A model generated the notes under the pieces. That model ran no database searches and had not been told where the DNA came from. It saw nothing but the letters and a program-made list of their open reading frames with translations. The translations under genes and the position numbers were made by a program. This document shows, piece by piece, positions 24,106 to 32,774 of a DNA stretch of 64,000 nt (positions are counted from its first letter, which is position 1; each line of letters starts with the position of its first letter). Source of the DNA: an uncultured Thiotrichaceae bacterium (GTDB lineage: Bacteria; Pseudomonadota; Gammaproteobacteria; SZUA-229); the NCBI GenBank assembly GCA_964466455.1, contig CAYXNL010000003.1, positions 7,268-71,267 on the forward strand, written 5' to 3'.

Positions 24106-24765
24106 CTACTTTTGCTGTAAAGGCTGTTCCAGTTTCTGAAAATCAGCGGGGTTTACATATTGTAAAACATCTTTCTTCTCTTCGCTAAGGACGATATCCA
24201 ATCCTTTTGTCGGATAGAGATAGTGAACCAGTTTTTTATTTACCCGTATTATTTTGCTCGCCTTGCCAAAACGTGCGTTAAGAATATCCTCGTCCAGATT
24301 AATCGCTGGAATAAAAGTGATACTCTCAATGGTGGAATGTAAAATTTCAGGAAGTTGATCAGAATCAAGCAGATACTCACGTGCTTTTCCGCTGGGCATG
24401 TAGTTCACCTTTACTGCCTCACGTTTCCATTTTTCAAGTTGTTTATTAGCAATTTTTGCCTGTAGAATTATCTTGCCAGTAATCAGACTGGCGCGATAAT
24501 GTCCATAATACATTTCCAGCGTACCGACCTCATTTCTACTAGCAATAATAGCCAGTTTGGCATCATTACCAAGAACAGAAACGGCATCGGCCAGCGTACT
24601 TTTCCCCGGCTTTAATCCAAAAACTTCTGTCGAGCCATCTGCCTGCACACTTATCTGCCACGGCAAACCCTGTACAATTACCGGAGCAGTTTTATCCGTG
24701 AAGACGAAGTCGTACGCCAACAGGGCGATAATAACCAGTGCAAAAAGAGAAAAAAAAGGTTTCAT
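24106..24765 (-). CDS. hypothetical exported protein
   Basis: 219 aa; N-terminal signal/anchor MKPFFSLFALVIIALLAY; no recognisable family; 16 bp from rmlD-like gene on the same strand. Confidence 0.5.
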   Translation of the reverse strand: MKPFFSLFALVIIALLAYDFVFTDKTAPVIVQGLPWQISVQADGSTEVFGLKPGKSTLADAVSVLGNDAKLAIIASRNEVGTLEMYYGHYRASLITGKIILQAKIANKQLEKWKREAVKVNYMPSGKAREYLLDSDQLPEILHSTIESITFIPAINLDEDILNARFGKASKIIRVNKKLVHYLYPTKGLDIVLSEEKKDVLQYVNPADFQKLEQPLQQK

Positions 24766-24799
24766 AGAGGCTACAGGCTAATAATGTAATTAATTATCA

Positions 24800-25378
24800 T
24801 CAGGTTTTAGGCAGAGTAACGCCCCGCTGCCCCTGATATTTACCTCCACGATCTGCATAAGAGGTATCACAAACTTCATCCGATTCAAAAAATAACATCT
24901 GTGCCACGCCCTCATTGGCGTAAATTTTTGCCGGTAGCGGGGTGGTATTGGAAAACTCCAGTGTTACATGCCCTTCCCATTCCGGCTCTAATGGCGTTAC
25001 ATTCACAATAATGCCACAACGCGCATAGGTAGACTTACCCAGACAGACAGTTAATACGCTACGTGGAATACAAAAATATTCAACCGTGCGGGCAAGTGCA
25101 AACGAATTCGGCGGGATAATACAGACGTCCCCTTTAAAATCAACAAAACTGTGTTCGGAAAAATTCTTGGGATCTACTATCGCTGAATTAATATTGGTGA
25201 ATATTTTAAACTCATCAGCGCAGCGTACGTCATAGCCATAACTGGATGTGCCATAGGAAATAATGCGTTCATTATTTTCATTAATCCGCATCTGCCCGGC
25301 TTCAAATGGAGAAATCATGCCTGTTGCGGCCGCTCGGCGAATCCATTTGTCAGATTTAATACTCAAAATATACTCCAC
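24800..25378 (-). CDS. dcd: dCTP deaminase
   Basis: 192 aa; highly similar to E. coli Dcd ([11 protein letters not shown]..., GYDVRC motif). Confidence 0.9.
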   Translation of the reverse strand: MEYILSIKSDKWIRRAAATGMISPFEAGQMRINENNERIISYGTSSYGYDVRCADEFKIFTNINSAIVDPKNFSEHSFVDFKGDVCIIPPNSFALARTVEYFCIPRSVLTVCLGKSTYARCGIIVNVTPLEPEWEGHVTLEFSNTTPLPAKIYANEGVAQMLFFESDEVCDTSYADRGGKYQGQRGVTLPKT

Positions 25379-25389
25379 AGGGAAAGAAT

Positions 25390-25448
25390 AGATACTAACA
25401 GGATGGATGAAAAAGATAAGTATCCTTTTTATCCGTTTCAGTAATAAT
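25390..25448. repeat. short (internally deleted) copy of the same repetitive element, directly upstream of the dcd start
   Basis: agatactaacaggatggatgaaaaagataagtatcctttttatccgtttcagtaataat; the first 21 nt are identical to the long copy and the right end is about 85% identical. Confidence 0.65.
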
Positions 25449-25627
25449 TGCGGGAATTGTACCAGACTAGCAGGCTACTGGCTAAAACTACCCGTACTGA
25501 CCAATCACCGTACAGCCCGTTGTAAATATATACGCCTTGCGAACACTCGCGGTACAATCAAACACATATTAAAAGACTGACCTTTACCCTGAAACTACAG
25601 CTTTTTTCTTACGGAGCATCTGCAATA

Positions 25628-27322
25628 ATGGCAAATAAATATGTAATTATCGGTGGTGTTGCCGGTGGCGCATCCACCGCAGCAAGACTGAGAAGATTAA
25701 GTGAAGATGACCAGATCATCATGTTTGAAAAAGGGCCCCACGTCTCCTTTTCCAACTGCTCATTACCGTATTATTTAAGCGGTACCGTCAGCAGAATTGA
25801 TAACCTGCTGATGATGACACCGGAAAAATTTATCAATCAGTACAATATTGAGGCCAGAGTTAATAATGAAGTAATCAATATTGACCGTGAGAAAAAAGAA
25901 GTTGAAGTTAAAGACCTCAGTAATGGTAAGACCTATCGTGAATCCTATGACAAGCTGGTACTTTCTCCGGGTGCAAAACCGATTGTTCCCAACATTCCAG
26001 GTATTGATAAAATTCAGCCATTCACCCTGCGCAATGTAGTTGATATTGACAAACTGAAACAGTACGTTGATAAAATAAAACCGTCACGTATCACTGTCAT
26101 TGGCGGTGGTTTTATCGGTATTGAGTGTGTAGAGAATTTTGTTGAAGCCGGTTATCAGGTGTCCCTGGTAGAAGCCCGACCACAGGTGCTTATTCAGTTC
26201 GATAACGAAATGGTACAGATACTGCATAAAGAAATGTATGATCGGGGCGTTGATCTGCATGTCGGCGACAAAGTGACTGGCTTTGATACGAACCGGGTCT
26301 TACTTGCATCAGGCACAGAAATTAATAGTGAAGTGATCGTACTTGCTATCGGCGTACAACCGGATACCTTCCTGGCCAGGAAAGCTAAACTAACTATCGG
26401 CAAAACCGGTGGTATCAAGGTTGACCAGAACTACCGTACCAATGATTCAGATATTTATGCGGTTGGGGATGCCATTGAGGCATACAATCCACTGACTCAG
26501 GACAACTTTATTATTGCACTGGCTGGCCCGGCACAGAAACAGGCACGCTCTGTTGCCGACCACATCCACGACAGACCCATCCGTAATACCGGCTATATCG
26601 GTTCCTCGGTGGTCAAGGTATTTAACTATTCAGCTGCGGCCACCGGTTTGAATGAAAAAATACTGGCTGATATGAATATTGAATATGACTATGTCGAAAT
26701 TATTCCCAAGGACAAGGTGGGGATAATGCCCGATGCCGAAGAAGTGCATTTCAAACTGCTGTTTGAAAAACCTACTGGCCGCGTACTGGGAGCACAGGCA
26801 ATCGGATGTGGCGATGTCGTCAAACGAATTGATGTCATTGCAACAGCCATTAAATTTCGCGCCACTATTCAACATTTACGTGATCTGGAACTGTGTTACG
26901 CCCCGCCTTTCGGTACCGCCAAGGATGTAGTCAACTTTGCCGGTTATGTTGCCTCCAATCTGCTGCATGATACATTCAGGCAGGTAAAAATGAGCCAGGT
27001 ACGTGAACTTGTAGAAGAGGGTGAATATATTCTTGATGTACGTGAAAAAAATGAATGGGATGAAGGACACATCATCAATGCCCGACATATTCCTCTGTCT
27101 GAGCTGCGTGATAGAATCAATGAAATTCCACGCGATCAGCCGGTTTATATCCACTGCCGTTCCGGCCAGCGCTCCTACAATGCGGCACTGGCACTACAGC
27201 ATCGGGGGCATAGCAACGTATACAATATCTCCGGCGGTTTTATGGGTATCTGCTTCTACGAATATTTTAATGATAAAATTTCCGGTAGAAAACCAATTGT
27301 TAATAAATATAACTTTAGTTAA
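25628..27322 (+). CDS. CoA-disulfide/persulfide reductase with C-terminal rhodanese domain (CoADR-RHD, NADH-dependent)
   Basis: 564 aa; FAD GGVAGG motif, redox-active Cys in SFSNCSLPYY, second NAD(P) Rossmann motif, and C-terminal rhodanese active-site Cys (IHCRSGQRS). Confidence 0.85.
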   Translation: MANKYVIIGGVAGGASTAARLRRLSEDDQIIMFEKGPHVSFSNCSLPYYLSGTVSRIDNLLMMTPEKFINQYNIEARVNNEVINIDREKKEVEVKDLSNGKTYRESYDKLVLSPGAKPIVPNIPGIDKIQPFTLRNVVDIDKLKQYVDKIKPSRITVIGGGFIGIECVENFVEAGYQVSLVEARPQVLIQFDNEMVQILHKEMYDRGVDLHVGDKVTGFDTNRVLLASGTEINSEVIVLAIGVQPDTFLARKAKLTIGKTGGIKVDQNYRTNDSDIYAVGDAIEAYNPLTQDNFIIALAGPAQKQARSVADHIHDRPIRNTGYIGSSVVKVFNYSAAATGLNEKILADMNIEYDYVEIIPKDKVGIMPDAEEVHFKLLFEKPTGRVLGAQAIGCGDVVKRIDVIATAIKFRATIQHLRDLELCYAPPFGTAKDVVNFAGYVASNLLHDTFRQVKMSQVRELVEEGEYILDVREKNEWDEGHIINARHIPLSELRDRINEIPRDQPVYIHCRSGQRSYNAALALQHRGHSNVYNISGGFMGICFYEYFNDKISGRKPIVNKYNFS

Positions 27323-27340
27323 CCGGTTTATATAATAGAG

Positions 27341-29293
27341 TTACACAGGCAATCCCGGTGGCATCGGGCAGTCCATGCAACTGGCAAAGGCACGTAGTAA
27401 TTCATAACCGCGCACAGTTACTTTACCGTCCTCGGCGATGCAGGCGGCAGCCGCTTTGAGAAAGCGTTGTTTTAATGGATATTTGAGCAATACCAGGTCA
27501 TCCATTGCCCGATCCAGCTTATCCAGTGAGATATCCTTTTTTTTCAGCATGGTCAACGCCCCGGCACCTATGGCTTTTTTTCCGGCATTAAATGCCACCA
27601 GGGCTTTTTCAGCAGAACTGTGTTCGATATGCGCAAGTAGCGACAGGGCCATTTCACAGGCTGGTTTTGCCGAACCCAGCACAAAATATTTTGCTATCGG
27701 TTTACGACGCAGATGGTAGCTATCATCAAGATGTTGCAGGACAAGGCGCTGCACCACCCATTCTTTTATATTAATTTTATTATCCGCCAGAATAAATGCC
27801 TGTACGGCCTCTCTGAATATCGTATATTGCTGTGGGGTCATTTCACGCAAAGTTGGCATAGACAGATCAATCAGTGGCAGAATCTGATTGTGCGCTAACA
27901 CAGCAACTTCCTTATACAGCTTTTCGGCATTGTTACGATGCGATACACCATATTTTTTCTCGATCAGCGAATACTGTTTTGCCCTGATTTGTGTGTGTTT
28001 ATCCAGCAATATTACCAGTATTAACAATTGTGCACCGTAGGGGTTTTCTGCCTGCTGACGAATATAATCCGGTAATGCCTGCTGTATTGCCGTTGCCACT
28101 TCAACTTGTTGTTTGCCTATCTCACCAATGGAATCAATCGCATTGACAGCCGCATCCACCGAACCAGCCGCAGTGATCACTGCCGCCGTTTCCATCACAG
28201 TTTTTTCTTTGCTAGATCGGCTTTTTTCCGCATTAGCATTGCTACCAGCATGTTCGGCTTTTTTTTCAGGAAAAATAAACCGTCCGTTCCAGTCCGGTTG
28301 AAGACGCATGATGCGTTGGTCTAATGGTGGATGAGTAGAAAAATTAAGCAGGCTGATATTGGTATTGCCACGGGCAAAAAAAGCATGGCTGTATTCATCG
28401 GCAGATGCCGCCAACATGGTCGAGCCCTGCACCGAACCGCCGATTTTTTTCAGCGCATTAGCAATACCATCCGGGCTACGAGTAAACTGTACGGCAGAAG
28501 CATCAGCCAGAAATTCACGTTGACGGCTAATAAGGGCTTTAATCCAGCCACCAAAAAAGCTACCGGAATAACCGATAATAAGCAGCGCGGAGCCAGCAGC
28601 AAAAACGGCCAGCAGAGCCTGCGCATTTTTATCATTACGTGAACGCCCGCTATAACGTAATGAACGTACGATCATACCACCGAGTAAACCAAGCAGTAAA
28701 ATACCATGTAAAACAGCAACCAGTCGCAGATTTAACCGCATATCACCATTAAAAATATGACTGAATTCATGCGCAATAACCCCCTGTAGTTCTTCCCGGC
28801 TTAATGTTTCCAGCGCCCCCTGAGTGATGCCGATTACCACACTGGTTGTTTTCCAGCCTGCCGCAAAGGCATTGATACCGGTTTCATTCAACACGTAGAC
28901 CTGTGGCACTGGTGTACCGGATGCAATGGCCATTTCTTCTACTATATTCAGGATCCGCCGGTGCAGCGGATCCTGACTACTACGCGGGATGTGTGTCCCT
29001 CCCAGCGATTCTGCAATGGCTTTGCCCCCAGCGGAAAGTTGAACAAGCTTATAAGCACTACCCAGCACAATAAACAGCAGGATAGCAGCACTGATCATAA
29101 TACTGATGCTCGGGTCAAATACCTGTCTAAAGTCGGTGATACTGACAGCAAGAGCACCAGTACGGCTAGCAAACAGAAACTCGTAAAACAGAAAATTAGT
29201 CAGGCTGAGCAGACTGAAAATCGCCAGCAGAAATAAACCAACCAGAATACCGGTGCGCCGACGAGCTGAGTCCTGTGCGGTGAAAAAATTCAT
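27341..29293 (-). CDS. membrane-anchored M48-family zinc metallopeptidase with large C-terminal cytoplasmic extension
   Basis: 650 aa; HEFSHIFNGDMRLN (HExxH) flanked by TM segments like HtpX; about 330 extra C-terminal residues of unknown fold; immediately downstream of lemA. Confidence 0.75.
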   Translation of the reverse strand: MNFFTAQDSARRRTGILVGLFLLAIFSLLSLTNFLFYEFLFASRTGALAVSITDFRQVFDPSISIMISAAILLFIVLGSAYKLVQLSAGGKAIAESLGGTHIPRSSQDPLHRRILNIVEEMAIASGTPVPQVYVLNETGINAFAAGWKTTSVVIGITQGALETLSREELQGVIAHEFSHIFNGDMRLNLRLVAVLHGILLLGLLGGMIVRSLRYSGRSRNDKNAQALLAVFAAGSALLIIGYSGSFFGGWIKALISRQREFLADASAVQFTRSPDGIANALKKIGGSVQGSTMLAASADEYSHAFFARGNTNISLLNFSTHPPLDQRIMRLQPDWNGRFIFPEKKAEHAGSNANAEKSRSSKEKTVMETAAVITAAGSVDAAVNAIDSIGEIGKQQVEVATAIQQALPDYIRQQAENPYGAQLLILVILLDKHTQIRAKQYSLIEKKYGVSHRNNAEKLYKEVAVLAHNQILPLIDLSMPTLREMTPQQYTIFREAVQAFILADNKINIKEWVVQRLVLQHLDDSYHLRRKPIAKYFVLGSAKPACEMALSLLAHIEHSSAEKALVAFNAGKKAIGAGALTMLKKKDISLDKLDRAMDDLVLLKYPLKQRFLKAAAACIAEDGKVTVRGYELLRAFASCMDCPMPPGLPV

Positions 29294-29317
29294 ACTTATA
29301 AGGAAAATTTTATGATA

Positions 29318-29914
29318 TTAAAAAGAGACCTTCGGTGCCGCCTGAATGCTGGCGCTATCTTCAAATTCCAGCAGGCTGGCATCGGCAGCATGGCCAAAAG
29401 CTCCCGCAAAAAAGTTTTGCGGGAAAGACTGTTTATACGTATTGTACGCCATCACACTGTCATTAAATGCCTGGCGGGCAAAGGCAACCCGGTTCTCGGT
29501 ACTGGTTAGTTCTTCTGATAATTGCATCATATTCTGGTTGGCTTTTAGATCCGGGTAGGCTTCCATCACCATATTAAACCGGCCCATAGCGCCAGAAAGT
29601 TTACCTTCCGCCTGTGATAGATTACTCATCACTCCGCTTTCACCGGGGTTGCTTTTCGCGGCTTCCAGCCCGCTGGAGGCCGCATTACGCGCACTGATCA
29701 CCGCATCGAGTGTTTCGCGTTCATGTTTCATATAACCTTTGGCCGTTTCAATTAAATTAGGGATTAAATCGTAACGGCGCTTTAGCTGAACTTCGATTTG
29801 TGCGAAGGCATTTTTATAACGGTTTTTCAGGGAAACCAGCGAATTAAATATACTGATAATATAAAAGATAACCAGCCCGATAATAACCAGTGTAACGATA
29901 GTGGAAGTCGCCAT
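29318..29914 (-). CDS. lemA: LemA family protein
   Basis: 198 aa; single N-terminal TM helix then conserved LemA region ([47 protein letters not shown]). Confidence 0.85.
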   Translation of the reverse strand: MATSTIVTLVIIGLVIFYIISIFNSLVSLKNRYKNAFAQIEVQLKRRYDLIPNLIETAKGYMKHERETLDAVISARNAASSGLEAAKSNPGESGVMSNLSQAEGKLSGAMGRFNMVMEAYPDLKANQNMMQLSEELTSTENRVAFARQAFNDSVMAYNTYKQSFPQNFFAGAFGHAADASLLEFEDSASIQAAPKVSF

Positions 29915-30001
29915 GAAAAGATGCCTCTATGGATAATTTTTAACTAACAGGACTATAGTCCGATCAATCCAGAATGAGAAGGTTCATACCGGTATCACAA
30001 C

Positions 30002-30030
30002 AAAAAAAGCAGCCCGAAGACTGCTTTTTT
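30002..30030. terminator. symmetric terminator-like hairpin (A7-AGCAG-loop-CTGCT-T6) in divergent intergenic region
   Basis: caaaaaaAGCAGcccgaagaCTGCTtttttc; would function on either strand, yet lies between the 5' ends of lemA (-) and the phosphatase-family gene (+). Confidence 0.35.
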
Positions 30031-30179
30031 CTGTTTCCTGATATTTAAATTAACCGTGACACAGAATTATGAACGCTCTCTGATCCTGTCACAAAAATGT
30101 CATATATCTGTCATAATTCATACTTATTAAGAATCTACAGTAATCTAATTGTGACATAAATAATTATTGTAGGCGTATT

Positions 30180-31034
30180 ATGGTTAACAAAACAATATTG
30201 GTGGTGCTTGATGGCCTGGCTTATGAAGTCGCCGAACAGTGCATGGGTTTCCTTCATGCTCTTAACGAGCATGGAATAGCCACAGTTTATAAGATGCAAT
30301 GCGAATTACCGTCTATGTCGCGCCCACTATATGAAACGATACTCACTGGTGTGCCCCCGGCCCTAAGCGGTATTGTAAATAATCAGGTGGCACGTAACTC
30401 CAATCAAAAAAGTGTGTTCAGTTTAGCTCGTCGTGCGGGGTTGACTACCGCTGCCGCAGCGTTCCATTGGTATAGTGAACTATATAATTGTAGCCCTTAT
30501 AATGCGGTGCGTGATCGTCATACTCAAGACCCAGAGCAGTTAATCCAGTATGGTTGCTTTTATCATGGGGAACACTACGCAGATAGTTATTTATACCTTG
30601 ATGCAGAATCCTTAAGGCTTCGTTACAACCCGGATTTTCTGTTGGTACACCCGATGAACATTGATAACGCAGGACATAAAGCGGGCATTGATAGTGCCCA
30701 TTACCGAAATACGGTACGTAATTCAGACAGTGAATTATCTAAATATCTGCCCAGATGGATCGATGAAGGCTATCAGATTCTGATTACGGCCGACCACGGC
30801 ATGAATGATGATAAAAGTCATGGAGGGACTCTCTCTAAAGAACGCGACATTCCATTTTTTGTGATTGGCAAACGTTTCTCCCATCAACAAAGTTGCATAC
30901 CTAAACAAACTGAAATTTGCGGCGTTATCTGTGAATTGCTTGGTATTGAAAATTACAACAAGCCAGTCACCGAAAACTTGTTGATTAAAGAGCAATTAAT
31001 GGATAAACAATACTTGCAGGCAATAGCTTTATAA
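30180..31034 (+). CDS. alkaline-phosphatase-superfamily protein, nucleotide pyrophosphatase/phosphodiesterase (NPP)-like
   Basis: 284 aa; N-terminal metal-ligand motif ILVVLDGLAYE; SMSRPLYETILTGVPPALSGIVNNQ aligns with the NPP [20 protein letters not shown] block (Ser in the nucleophile position); ITADHGM metal-binding motif. Confidence 0.7.
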   Translation: MVNKTILVVLDGLAYEVAEQCMGFLHALNEHGIATVYKMQCELPSMSRPLYETILTGVPPALSGIVNNQVARNSNQKSVFSLARRAGLTTAAAAFHWYSELYNCSPYNAVRDRHTQDPEQLIQYGCFYHGEHYADSYLYLDAESLRLRYNPDFLLVHPMNIDNAGHKAGIDSAHYRNTVRNSDSELSKYLPRWIDEGYQILITADHGMNDDKSHGGTLSKERDIPFFVIGKRFSHQQSCIPKQTEICGVICELLGIENYNKPVTENLLIKEQLMDKQYLQAIAL

Positions 31035-31223
31035 TTTTTTGACTGTAAGGGTACTGCAATAACGTTAAATCTTATAGTATTTTTCAAGATTCACTATTCA
31101 ATTTTCCAGTCAGTGAAAAAGACGGCTTCTCATCACCTGATCGTAATCAAAAACGCGGGCGATTTTGAACACAAAAGCCTGTAATAATGCGATTTGCAAC
31201 TCGTTACAAAGAAAATCCAGACA

Positions 31224-31281
31224 AATAAAAAACCACCAGAAATAAATTAGTACACAATTAGCACAAAAGTATTTCTGGTGG
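31224..31281 (-). terminator. Rho-independent terminator of apbC
   Basis: 12-bp perfect stem CCACCAGAAATA/TATTTCTGGTGG with 25-nt loop, followed on the minus strand by a T-rich run (rc of aaataaaaaa); 85 bp past the apbC stop. Confidence 0.6.
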
Positions 31282-31362
31282 TCACCATAGCACAATGTAT
31301 ATTTAGGGAACGACTACTATACAAGCACCATATATATTTGCCATGGTCGATTTCAAGGGAAA

Positions 31363-32490
31363 TCAGTTATTCTGAATAACGATGTTCGGAAATTTAGCCG
31401 AATAATCTTTTGCTTTCAATGACAGTTTCGCTGCCGTGCGGCGAGCAATATCACGATAAATTTGACTGGTCTTGCTTTCAGGGTCATCCGTCACGCTGGG
31501 GTGACCTTCATCGGCATTCACCCGGATATTGATATCCAGCGGCAGCGCACCAAGGAAATCAACATTATATTGTTCACTCATGCGGTTACCACCGCCTTCA
31601 CCGAAAATGTGCTCGGCATGACCACATTCGGAGCAGATATGAATACTCATATTCTCGACAATGCCCAGTACCGGTACTTCCACTTTCTCGAACATCTTCA
31701 GGCCTTTGCGCGCATCCAGCAGGGCGATATCCTGTGGGGTCGTCACAATAATCGCACCACTAACCGGCACTTTCTGCGCCAGCGTTAACTGCACATCACC
31801 CGTGCCCGGTGGCAGGTCGATAATCAGATAATCCAGTGATTTCCAGCGGGTATCGCGCAGCAGTTGCTCCAGTGCCTGGGTTACCATCGGGCCGCGCCAG
31901 ATCATCGGGGTTTCTTCATCAATCATAAAACCGATTGACATGGCCTGCAGGCCATGACCACCCATTGGTTCCAGTGACTTGCCATCAGATGATTCGGGCT
32001 TGCCCTCAATACCTAACATACGTGGAATACTCGGGCCATAAATATCTGCATCGAGAATACCGACCCGTGCGCCTTCCTGCTGTAAGGCCAGCGCCAGATT
32101 CACGGCGGTGGTGGATTTACCCACCCCACCTTTACCGGAAGCCACTGCAATCACGTTTTTAATCCCTTCCAGCGGATTCATGCCACCCTGTACTGTATGG
32201 CTGACAATTTCCCAACTGACATCAAGCTCGGCGGTAGAAACACCGTCTAATGCTTCAATTTTCTGCTTCAGATCGGCACTTAATTTATCGACAAAACCAT
32301 AAGCCGGATAACCCAGTACAATTTTTACTTTAACATTATTGCCGTCAACGCTAATATCCTTTACCACCCCAGCAGTAACCGGGTCTCTTTCCAGGTTAGG
32401 ATCAATATACTGCTTTAGTGCCTCTTCAATTTGCTCTTTAGTTACGCTCATGGCGAAAACTCCACAACTGGTAATTTTTACTGACCGCAC
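31363..32490 (-). CDS. apbC: Fe-S cluster carrier ATPase ApbC/Mrp
   Basis: 375 aa; deviant Walker A SGKGGVGKSTTAVNLALAL, CxxC motif (CSECGH); divergent from metG as in E. coli. Confidence 0.9.
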   Translation of the reverse strand: MRSVKITSCGVFAMSVTKEQIEEALKQYIDPNLERDPVTAGVVKDISVDGNNVKVKIVLGYPAYGFVDKLSADLKQKIEALDGVSTAELDVSWEIVSHTVQGGMNPLEGIKNVIAVASGKGGVGKSTTAVNLALALQQEGARVGILDADIYGPSIPRMLGIEGKPESSDGKSLEPMGGHGLQAMSIGFMIDEETPMIWRGPMVTQALEQLLRDTRWKSLDYLIIDLPPGTGDVQLTLAQKVPVSGAIIVTTPQDIALLDARKGLKMFEKVEVPVLGIVENMSIHICSECGHAEHIFGEGGGNRMSEQYNVDFLGALPLDINIRVNADEGHPSVTDDPESKTSQIYRDIARRTAAKLSLKAKDYSAKFPNIVIQNN

Positions 32491-32774
32491 ATTCTACAGG
32501 AATAAACTTCTGCTTTAACCCTATTTTACAGAGATAATAGCAACCATTAGTAGATAGAAGCGATGACAGATGTCTTTTGGGACTCGCTTACCAGTACCTG
32601 AACTGGCGTCGGAGTCAATGCTGTTCTGACTCCAATACCTTTTGCTACCTGCTTTCCTGCACATAATCGGCATCGAAAAAAGCCGACTCCGACACTGAGG
32701 CTATATAAAATCAAGCAAATCAGTCAGTTTGGTGCTAAATTATGCGCCCCTGAAAAATACTGTTTGAATTAGCC

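Noticed and set aside
31110-31295. 61-aa ORF in the phosphatase/apbC convergent intergenic region
   Set aside because: It coincides with the apbC terminator hairpin and A/T runs; Cys/Phe/Trp-rich translation is typical of AT-rich non-coding sequence.
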